Shown here: in pieces, positions 17,241 to 24,055 of the stretch
Position numbering within the stretch: position 1 is the stretch's first letter
How the letters are laid out: each line of letters begins with the position of its first letter
Source of the DNA: a virus
Taxonomy: Duplodnaviria; Caudoviricetes
Length of the DNA: 34,069 nucleotides
Reading direction: 5' to 3' (one strand)
IMG/VR virus record: IMGVR_UViG_3300020352_000003
Location: 1 to 34,069 of that record
Made by a program: the position numbers and the translations under genes
The notes under the pieces: generated by a model
Told to the model about the DNA's origin: nothing
What the model saw: the letters and a program-made list of their open reading frames with translations, nothing else
Database searches by the model: none

Positions 17241-17636
17241 AGTAGACATAAGAAATCACAAGAGACTTCTAAAAATGATGGGAGGAAATACAACAAGAGA
17301 TTAGCTCCCAAACCAATATCCACTAAAGACAAGATGATTAAACCTGCTAGGACTACTAAAGCCAAGAAGGACAGGGTAGCATCTTATGCTATATCAGCAA
17401 TGAAAGATGTCTTTGGAAGCGAGAAAGAAGCATTTAAACATATGGCAGAACTTGGTAAGACTAACTTCAACAATATGAAGTTGCTTATGGAGTATGCTTA
17501 TGGAAAGCCATCTGAAAGTATTAATGCAGACAGTAGTAGAAAGGCTAAGGCTGCACCAACTATTAACTTTGTTATGAATGCTGGTCAGACACCTCAGATA
17601 GAAGATACTATTGATATATCAGACGAAGAAGAATGA
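17238..17636 (+). CDS. terS: Putative terminase small subunit
   Basis: Directly upstream of and ATGA-coupled to TerL; basic N-terminus; EYAYGKP motif. Confidence 0.65.
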   Translation: MSRHKKSQETSKNDGRKYNKRLAPKPISTKDKMIKPARTTKAKKDRVASYAISAMKDVFGSEKEAFKHMAELGKTNFNNMKLLMEYAYGKPSESINADSSRKAKAAPTINFVMNAGQTPQIEDTIDISDEEE

Positions 17637-18847
17637 AGAACTCAATACAATTAAACGATAAGTATGTACCTATTTTTACTGATAAATCTAGGTACTTTGT
17701 CGTTACAGGGGGTCGTGGTTCTGGTAAGTCATTTGGCATAACAGTCTTCTTACTTAACCTAACTTATGAAGCAGGACACAAGGTATTGTTTACTCGTTTT
17801 ACATTAACCTCAGCAGCAGCATCTATTATCCCAGAGTTTATTGAGAAGATTGAACTCATGGGGGTAGAGACTGATTTCAGAATCACAAAGGATGAAATCA
17901 TAAATCTAACCACAGGGAGCTCTATTATGTTTAAAGGTATCAGAACATCATCAGGTAATCAAACCGCAGCCCTGAAGTCTCTTAGTGGTGTTACAACATT
18001 TGTATTGGATGAGGCAGAAGAGCTTACGGATGAAGATACATTCAGTAAGATTGATTTCTCTATCAGGTCAAATGTTAAGCAGAACAGAGTTGTTCTTATA
18101 TTAAATCCAACTACCAAAGAGCATTGGATATATCAAAGGTTCTTTATGTATCCTAACGTAAAGGCAGGTACTAATGGCACCAAGGGTGATACAACTTATG
18201 TACACACTACCTTTGAGGACAACAGGTCTAATCTATCTAAGAGTTACTTAGAACAGCTCTACGACCTCAAGAGAAGAGATGTAGTTAAGTTTGAGCATCA
18301 GATACTAGGAGGGTGGTTAAACAAAGCAGAGGGTACTATAATCACTAATTGGAAGGTAGGACACTTTGTTCAGACTGACCTTATGTGCTATGGTCAGGAT
18401 TTTGGATTCTCTACAGACATAACTAGTTTAGTAAAAGTTTCAGTTGACAAGGACAGTAGGAGTGTTTATGTGAAGCAAATCTATGGTAAGACAAACCTGT
18501 CTACATCAGACATTGCTTACAGGAATAAGACTGAGTGTGGCACAGATTTAATTATCTGTGACTCAGCAGAGCCAAGACTTATATCAGAGTTAAAGAACTT
18601 AGGTTTAAATATAAAGCCTACTATAAAAAAGAAGGGGTCAATCCTATCTGGGATTGCCCTGATGCAGGACTATCAAATAATAGTTGACAGAGAATCTGAT
18701 GGTATTATCAGAGAGATAAACAACTATGTCTGGCACGAAAGAAACCAAAGACCTGTGGATAAATTCAATCACTACATTGATGCAATCCGTTACTCGCTTA
18801 TGTATTTACTACAAGGAGTCAACTCAGGAAAGTATGTAATCAGATAG
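17633..18847 (+). CDS. terL: Terminase large subunit, PBSX/SPP1-like
   Basis: Walker A GGRGSGKS, Walker B VLDEAEE, LNP, nuclease GQDFGF, DSAEP, NHYIDAIRY. Confidence 0.95.
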   Translation: MKNSIQLNDKYVPIFTDKSRYFVVTGGRGSGKSFGITVFLLNLTYEAGHKVLFTRFTLTSAAASIIPEFIEKIELMGVETDFRITKDEIINLTTGSSIMFKGIRTSSGNQTAALKSLSGVTTFVLDEAEELTDEDTFSKIDFSIRSNVKQNRVVLILNPTTKEHWIYQRFFMYPNVKAGTNGTKGDTTYVHTTFEDNRSNLSKSYLEQLYDLKRRDVVKFEHQILGGWLNKAEGTIITNWKVGHFVQTDLMCYGQDFGFSTDITSLVKVSVDKDSRSVYVKQIYGKTNLSTSDIAYRNKTECGTDLIICDSAEPRLISELKNLGLNIKPTIKKKGSILSGIALMQDYQIIVDRESDGIIREINNYVWHERNQRPVDKFNHYIDAIRYSLMYLLQGVNSGKYVIR

Positions 18848-18849
18848 AG

Positions 18850-18932
18850 TGTTTAACATGATGGGGGGCGTTTAATATGATACCCCTAAGATGTTTAATA
18901 TAATACCCCCACTATGTTTAATATAATGGGGG
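18850..18932 (+). repeat. Motif array B: 4 copies of YGTTTAAYATRAT + G- or C-run
   Basis: Copies at 18850 (G), 18869 (C), 18892 (C), 18915 (G); periods 19/23/23. Confidence 0.95.
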
Positions 18933-19081
18933 CATTGGTGTTTTAGTTAGTTAATAGTCAAAAACTCCGTTGTTCAAAGATACATCAGAAATTCATTTAA
19001 AAAAAGATAAAAAAGGGCAAAAAAGTCTTGCATATGTCAATAATACATTTAGTCGAATAAATATGTAGTTAGTCTAATAAG

Positions 19082-19113
19082 TTTGTGTAATCGAATTATG
19101 TTACTTATGTTTG
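19082..19113 (+). promoter_or_regulatory. Early Bacteroidota-type promoter
   Basis: TTTG-N20-TATGTTTG, perfect consensus. Confidence 0.8.
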
Positions 19114-19146
19114 TACTAACAATAACAATAAAACAAAAACAATATT

Positions 19147-19272
19147 ATGGAAACAGAAACATTTAACGAAATTAAAGAAATCACAAGTAAGGTTCTTAAA
19201 AAATTTAATTGTTCAGAAGATTTATTAGACGATTTAATAAAAATAAATTTAGATACAATAAATAACAAGTAA
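19147..19272 (+). CDS. Small hypothetical protein, 41 aa (not in ORF track)
   Basis: METETFNEIKEITSKVLKKFNCSEDLL...; first ORF after the promoter. Confidence 0.6.
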   Translation: METETFNEIKEITSKVLKKFNCSEDLLDDLIKINLDTINNK

Positions 19273-19282
19273 AATATAAATC

Positions 19283-19606
19283 ATGAAAGACAATAAACTA
19301 ATAGCAGAATTTATGGGATACCACACCTACGAATCGAATGGTTACGATATGGTTAAATACTCTGATTGTAACGAAAGAACATTACAAGATACACATTACC
19401 ACACCTCTTGGGATTGGCTTATGCCTGTAGTTGAAAAATGCTTAACCACAGATGAAAAAACAGATGGTCAGCATTACTTCATAAATGATGCACTACTTAC
19501 TTGTAATATAGAAGTGATTTATGATAGAGTAGTGGAATTTATTAAGGATTGTGAAAAAAAAAGCCTAATCGATTCGTTAGATTCCTCAGAGATTATTAAT
19601 AAGTAA
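19283..19606 (+). CDS. Hypothetical protein (phage ABA-sandwich-like)
   Basis: NKLIAEFMG...YHTSWDWLMPVVEK motif. Confidence 0.7.
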   Translation: MKDNKLIAEFMGYHTYESNGYDMVKYSDCNERTLQDTHYHTSWDWLMPVVEKCLTTDEKTDGQHYFINDALLTCNIEVIYDRVVEFIKDCEKKSLIDSLDSSEIINK

Positions 19607-19616
19607 AATATAAATT

Positions 19617-19796
19617 ATGATAGCACAAGCACAAGAATTAATCGACTCAGGTAACTCAACAGAGAAAGCCGAAGGTCTTGGTATGATGAGAGTCATTGAA
19701 GCAGTTGATAAACTTATAGAGGTTGAGACTGCAAACGGAACTAGCGACACAACTATTGTCGACTTTATTTATGAACTAATAATTAATAACAGATAG
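19617..19796 (+). CDS. Hypothetical protein, 59 aa (not in ORF track)
   Basis: MIAQAQELIDSGNSTEKAEGLGMMRVI...; fills the gap. Confidence 0.65.
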   Translation: MIAQAQELIDSGNSTEKAEGLGMMRVIEAVDKLIEVETANGTSDTTIVDFIYELIINNR

Positions 19797-19801
19797 AAAT
19801 T

Positions 19802-19990
19802 ATGTCAAAAGAATTTGAACAAGTATTAGAGTTTTACAAAAACAGTACACCAAGACAACACCAAATGTTTCTTGATTTAATATCCGACAAGATGACATTC
19901 TTTAATATTTACACAAAAGAGTGTTTTGATGTTGATGAAGAATATGTCATTAACTTTAACGGAATGTTTCACCAAATAAATATAAAATAA
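19802..19990 (+). CDS. Hypothetical protein
   Basis: 62-aa ORF in the packed early operon. Confidence 0.7.
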   Translation: MSKEFEQVLEFYKNSTPRQHQMFLDLISDKMTFFNIYTKECFDVDEEYVINFNGMFHQINIK

Positions 19991-19991
19991 T

Positions 19992-20192
19992 ATGTATAAC
20001 GTAACCATGCTTGATGCTATACGCATTTACAACAGTCGTAAGGACTTTATTCTGTTCAATACAGATAAAGAATACAATATAACAGATTTCCGTCTTACAA
20101 ACGATATATTAACGTTTAGAAACCACTATCAACACTTTAGATTGATGGATGTAATAAAGAAAGAGATTAATAGAGGTATAAATATAAATTAA
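19992..20192 (+). CDS. Hypothetical protein, paralogue of 21760-21999
   Basis: Shared KDFI.(F/Y)N...F.L.N......N.YQ.F.L.D..KK. Confidence 0.75.
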   Translation: MYNVTMLDAIRIYNSRKDFILFNTDKEYNITDFRLTNDILTFRNHYQHFRLMDVIKKEINRGININ

Positions 20193-20193
20193 T

Positions 20194-20367
20194 ATGGAAC
20201 AGATAAAACAAGCGGTATTAGAAGGTAAGACAGTTTATTGGATGAATGAGAACTATCATGTCATACATGATAAGCTACTCAATAAGTTCTTGGTTCATTC
20301 AAAGGGCAACAATGTTTATGTAGGTCTTAATAGTTATTACAAAGAATATGAATTTAAAATAATATAG
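20194..20367 (+). CDS. Hypothetical protein, 57 aa (not in ORF track)
   Basis: MEQIKQAVLEGKTVYWMNENYHV... Confidence 0.65.
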   Translation: MEQIKQAVLEGKTVYWMNENYHVIHDKLLNKFLVHSKGNNVYVGLNSYYKEYEFKII

Positions 20368-20369
20368 AT

Positions 20370-20468
20370 ATGTATAGTAATTGTTGTGGCTCAAAGCCAA
20401 GTTATTTAAGTGATGAATTTTGTGGGCAATGCCTTGAGTGGGCAGAGTTTTATGAAGATGAAGATTAA
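20370..20468 (+). CDS. Miniature zinc-ribbon-like protein, 32 aa (not in ORF track)
   Basis: MYSNCCGSKPSYLSDEFCGQCLEWAEFYEDED: CC + CxxC, acidic tail. Confidence 0.65.
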   Translation: MYSNCCGSKPSYLSDEFCGQCLEWAEFYEDED

Positions 20469-20478
20469 AAAAATAATC

Positions 20479-20584
20479 TGTTTAATATAATGGGGGGGAT
20501 ATGTTTAACATAATCCCCCTTGTCTGTTTAATATGATACCCCTTGTCTGTTTAATATGATGGGGGCTGTTTAATATAATGGGGG
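20479..20584 (+). repeat. Motif array C: 5 copies of TGTTTAAYATRAT + G- or C-run
   Basis: Copies at 20479 (G), 20502 (C), 20525 (C), 20548 (G), 20567 (G); periods 23/23/23/19. Confidence 0.95.
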
Positions 20585-20595
20585 TGCAGTCTGTT

Positions 20596-20639
20596 ATCTA
20601 GAATGAGTCTAAATAGTCTTATTTGTAATGAATATAAAT
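20596..20639. promoter_or_regulatory. Two Fur-box-like imperfect palindromes
   Basis: ATCTAGAATGAGTCTAAAT (20596-20614) and ATTTGTAATGAATATAAAT (20621-20639). Confidence 0.55.
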
Positions 20640-20795
20640 AATAAAATTTAACACTTTTTATTTGTATATTCTTTTTGACTTTCATAAGGCAATGATACAA
20701 CAAAGAAATTGCAAGGAAAAAAAAAGTTTTGTTAGGTTTATTGAAAAAAATGTTGTATACACGTGCGCACGTACCTTTATTAATATAAGTATCTT

Positions 20796-20814
20796 ATTTA
20801 GAATAAATATAAAT
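20796..20814. promoter_or_regulatory. Third Fur-box-like palindrome
   Basis: ATTTAGAATAAATATAAAT, about 30 bp upstream of the 20843 promoter. Confidence 0.55.
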
Positions 20815-20842
20815 AAACATATTTTACAAAATAATTTATATT

Positions 20843-20875
20843 TTTGCTTGTATGTTAATATAAAGTGTATCTTTG
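20843..20875 (+). promoter_or_regulatory. Early Bacteroidota-type promoter
   Basis: TTTG-N21-TATCTTTG. Confidence 0.7.
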
Positions 20876-20915
20876 TAGTGTAGCAATAATGCAACAAAAC
20901 AAAACAAAAAACAAA

Positions 20916-21029
20916 ATGAGAACATTTAGAAAATTAGATTTACAAATTAAAGCGTTTATAATTGCAACATTAACACTTTCGACACTTATTGCAGTTATGA
21001 TATTAACTAACGGTTTAAACACTATTTAA
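20916..21029 (+). CDS. Small single-pass membrane protein, 37 aa (not in ORF track)
   Basis: MRTFRKLDLQIKAFIIATLTLSTLIAVMILTNGLNTI. Confidence 0.65.
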   Translation: MRTFRKLDLQIKAFIIATLTLSTLIAVMILTNGLNTI

Positions 21030-21030
21030 A

Positions 21031-21747
21031 ATGATAAATTATAAAGCACCTAAAAACCTTTTAAGTAAAGGAACGACCAACGCAAAAACCGCTAAAAATA
21101 ACTTTGATACCTATATTTTGTATTTAGCACCTCATAAGCAAAATAGTTTAAAAATTAATATCTGTCCTAAAGCCTCAAAAGGTTGTGCAGCTTCATGTTT
21201 GTTTAGTGCTGGACGTGGTAAATTTTCAAACGTTGTTAAGGCTAGGATAAACAAAACAGAGTATTTCCTACAGGACAAAAACGGCTTTATTAATCAATTA
21301 GCAAACGAGTTAATTAAGATAAACTCTAAAGCCTCAAAAAATGTTAATCAAACATTGATACGCTTAAACGGGACGAGCGATTTAGATTTTGTTTACTTGC
21401 TTAAAAAATATGCAAACTTTGATATTGATAACTATACTAATTTACATTTTTATGATTATACAAAGATTTTAGGCAAAGTAAAAAAGTACTCTAATAATAA
21501 AAATTATACTCTTACATTTTCTAGAGCGGAGGATAACGAAAAAGATATATTTAAAGCTATCCAATACGGTGCGAATGTGTCCGCCGTTTTTAGCGGGGAC
21601 TTACCTAAAGAATATAAAAACATCCCTGTTGTTGATGGTGATAAAACAGATAATGAAATGCTAAAACATAAGGGTTATATTTTAGGACTAAAGGCAAAAG
21701 GGGACGCTAAAAAAGATACAAGCGGTTTTGTAATTAATAACAACTAA
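21031..21747 (+). CDS. GP88-like / radical-SAM-fold protein (probable Fe-S cluster)
   Basis: NAKTAK, C-x6-C-x3-C (CPKASKGCAASC), RLNGTSD, FYDYTK, LTFS, VDGD motifs. Confidence 0.7.
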   Translation: MINYKAPKNLLSKGTTNAKTAKNNFDTYILYLAPHKQNSLKINICPKASKGCAASCLFSAGRGKFSNVVKARINKTEYFLQDKNGFINQLANELIKINSKASKNVNQTLIRLNGTSDLDFVYLLKKYANFDIDNYTNLHFYDYTKILGKVKKYSNNKNYTLTFSRAEDNEKDIFKAIQYGANVSAVFSGDLPKEYKNIPVVDGDKTDNEMLKHKGYILGLKAKGDAKKDTSGFVINNN

Positions 21748-21759
21748 TAAATAAATATC

Positions 21760-21999
21760 ATGGTATTAACATTATCACAGAAATTAAATATAATTAGAAG
21801 TACTAAAAAAGATTTTATATCTTATAATATAGGACCAGATAACAAGCTTCAAAGCTTTGTATTAAATAATAATTTTAGACGATATTCTAACAAGTATCAA
21901 AACTTTATGTTATTAGATATATTTAAGAAACAAAATATATTAGAGTCTAAACAAAACTACACACTTAAACAAATATTAAAAACATTAAACATTAATTAA
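21760..21999 (+). CDS. Hypothetical protein, paralogue of 19992-20192
   Basis: Shared motif, see 19992. Confidence 0.75.
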   Translation: MVLTLSQKLNIIRSTKKDFISYNIGPDNKLQSFVLNNNFRRYSNKYQNFMLLDIFKKQNILESKQNYTLKQILKTLNIN

Positions 22000-22001
22000 C
22001 T

Positions 22002-22124
22002 ATGGAAACTTTTATCATTGAATTGTACAAAGATTATCTCAACAATGGACTAAGCAAAAAAGATTTAATTGCCCTTATTGGCTTAGACACTTACAACAAC
22101 ATCAACCCATCAAACTATTTTTAA
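22002..22124 (+). CDS. Small hypothetical protein, 40 aa (not in ORF track)
   Basis: METFIIELYKDYLNNGLSKKDLIALIG... Confidence 0.6.
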   Translation: METFIIELYKDYLNNGLSKKDLIALIGLDTYNNINPSNYF

Positions 22125-22153
22125 CACTTAATACACTAATTTAAGTAATTAAT

Positions 22154-22179
22154 GAGCCTATTTTTTAGGCTCTTTTTTT
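22154..22179 (+). terminator. Intrinsic terminator
   Basis: GAGCCTA-N5-TAGGCTC followed by T7. Confidence 0.85.
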
Positions 22180-22325
22180 GTGCTATTATTTTATATGTAT
22201 ATTGATAATCAATATAAGTAGTATTAATAATTGTAGCGAAATTTTAAGCTATAAAACAAGCATTATCTCATTTATTATAACCTCAACTATCAGATTTAGT
22301 AAAACCTTCTTAAAACAGCCTTAAA

Positions 22326-22680
22326 ATGCCTTACAAAGGCATGACAAATTTGCAGTGATTTTATTTGTTTTTGTCATTTTGACGTAAATTGAGCAGGTGG
22401 GTTGTGTAGTAGCCCATTCTAATGATTTCAAACTCTTTTTGATTGGAATTGATTTATGCATTCCAGAAATATATTTGGAAACAAGTCAATGTTTAGTATG
22501 CACCCCCCTATAGAATGTGTTAATTTAAAAATAGATTAGATACTCGTTAGTTTGAATACTACTTGGGTGCTGACGAAAATAACAAAGGATTAAGTAGTGC
22601 AATTTCTAAGGAGATTTAATTTAGCTGAACCAACTATATGACTATAGAAGTTTAGCAACTTGGGCAGATTTGCGACTGTT
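22326..22680 (+). ncRNA. Candidate structured non-coding element
   Basis: No ORF; at least 7 hairpins, several needing G-U pairs on the + strand; one possible pseudoknot. Confidence 0.35.
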
Positions 22681-22684
22681 ATAC

Positions 22685-22715
22685 ACTTATAACAACAAAC
22701 CTCTATTTTCATTTT
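22685..22715 (-). promoter_or_regulatory. Antisense copy of the late promoter
   Basis: Minus strand AAAATGAAAATAGAGGTTTGTTGTTATAAGT versus AAAATGAAAACCACTGTTTGTTGTTATAATA at 667. Confidence 0.65.
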
Positions 22716-22770
22716 GGGTGTATAGATAAAAAGTATAGAAACTTATAACACTATAGGTTTTGTCTATGAT

Positions 22771-22806
22771 AAAATGATATTCATCAAATATTGTTATAAT
22801 ACTATG
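22771..22806 (+). promoter_or_regulatory. Putative phage late promoter
   Basis: AAAATG-N14-TTGTTATAATACTATG. Confidence 0.75.
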
Positions 22807-23526
22807 AAAGAAATAGAATTAGAGATACCTGTGGATTTGTCTGAGATTACGCTTAGTCAATATCAGGATTACTTGAAGATTTATGAGAAGTGGGATAAGG
22901 AGGATGAGATTTATATTAAGAGTAAGATGCTTCAGATATTTTGTGGTTTAAAGCCAGAGGATACTTTGAAGATACCTCTAGCTTCTTTTGATAATACTAT
23001 ACAACACTTATTAGACTGTTTAAATGCAGATACTCCACTTATTCGTAAGTTCACTATGAGCGGTAAGGACAAGGAAGGTGAAGATGCTGAGTTAGAGTTT
23101 GGATTCATACCTAAGTTAGATGAAATTAGTTTTGGTGAGTTTATTGATTTGGAAAAATATATGAGTGATTGGCAGACTATGCATAAGGCAATGGCGATAT
23201 TATTTAGACCTATTATACAAAAAAAGAAAGAGTTTTATAGGATAGATGATTATGGTGGTTCTGCTAGGTATTCTAGTGTTATGTTGGATATGCCTGTTAG
23301 TGTTGCAATAGGAGCATCGGTTTTTTTTTATCGTTTAGGGACAAAATTACCTCTCTTTACGATGGACTATTTACAGGAGGTTCTGAAGAAAGAGGAAGTG
23401 ACACCTCAGCTCAAGCAAGTTTTGGAAAAAAATGGGGATGGTATCAATCAATACACACACTTACTAAAGGAGATGTCAGAAGAGTCGAAGAAATTACAAA
23501 AGCCAGTGTTCACAGTTGCTTTATGA
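22804..23526 (+). CDS. Putative tail assembly chaperone (gpG-like)
   Basis: Acidic protein, FGFIPKLDEISFGEFIDLE; T9 slippery run at VFF; start re-called at 22804. Confidence 0.65.
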   Translation: MKEIELEIPVDLSEITLSQYQDYLKIYEKWDKEDEIYIKSKMLQIFCGLKPEDTLKIPLASFDNTIQHLLDCLNADTPLIRKFTMSGKDKEGEDAELEFGFIPKLDEISFGEFIDLEKYMSDWQTMHKAMAILFRPIIQKKKEFYRIDDYGGSARYSSVMLDMPVSVAIGASVFFYRLGTKLPLFTMDYLQEVLKKEEVTPQLKQVLEKNGDGINQYTHLLKEMSEESKKLQKPVFTVAL

Positions 23527-23594
23527 TGCTGGAATACGAAAAGGATAAGAATAGATTAGAAAACTTGTTAATTAAAAAAGCATATAAAAAGTAA
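23328..23594 (+). CDS. -1 frame extension (gpGT-like) reached by programmed frameshift
   Basis: Open -1 frame with no 5' ATG: LSFRDKITSLY...FGKKWGWYQSI...AYKK; its stop is TAATG-coupled to the next gene. Confidence 0.75.
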   Translation, partial: LSFRDKITSLYDGLFTGGSEERGSDTSAQASFGKKWGWYQSIHTLTKGDVRRVEEITKASVHSCFMMLEYEKDKNRLENLLIKKAYKK

Positions 23595-24055
23595 TGAATA
23601 ATTTTTACAACTTAATAGACACGATTAAACAACTACTTAGTAGTTCTGAATTTAATAACAAGGTTACCTTTGGTGACATAACTGAGATTGACTTAGGCAA
23701 GTTAACAAACTTTCCTTTGGTTCATATGATAATAGACCAAGCTGTTATTAATGAAAGAACAATAGATTACACACTAAGGATAGTTGCTGCCGATATTGTA
23801 GACTTGTTAAAGGAAGACATTGCTGATAATGATTATTATGGAAATAATAATATGCAAGATATCTTAAACACACAAATGGGTGTATTAACTAGATTAATTA
23901 ACCAACTAAGAAGATTAGACTTAGTAGACAACAACTACTTGAGAGTTGAGAGCGGTGTAACCGCTACTCCTTTCCTAGATAGATTTGAGAATGAATTAGC
24001 TGGTTGGGAAGCAACAATGGTTATAACTGGTAAAAATGATATTAGTATTTGCTAA
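23594..24055 (+). CDS. Putative tail completion/terminator protein
   Basis: 153 aa; FPLVH, PFLDRFENELAGW; position in the tail operon. Confidence 0.55.
   Translation: MNNFYNLIDTIKQLLSSSEFNNKVTFGDITEIDLGKLTNFPLVHMIIDQAVINERTIDYTLRIVAADIVDLLKEDIADNDYYGNNNMQDILNTQMGVLTRLINQLRRLDLVDNNYLRVESGVTATPFLDRFENELAGWEATMVITGKNDISIC

Noticed and set aside
20479-20584. Motif arrays as mini-CRISPR arrays
   Set aside because: The repeat core is 13 bp and intervening segments are only 6-10 bp of mostly homopolymer; no spacers and no cas genes
20662-20897. Track ORFs 20662-20883 (+) and 20682-20897 (-)
   Set aside because: Low-complexity translations of an AT-rich regulatory region that overlap a promoter and palindromes
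22570-22620. Hammerhead ribozyme (CTGACGA core)
   Set aside because: No stem II followed by GAAA and no suitable cleavage triplet arrangement
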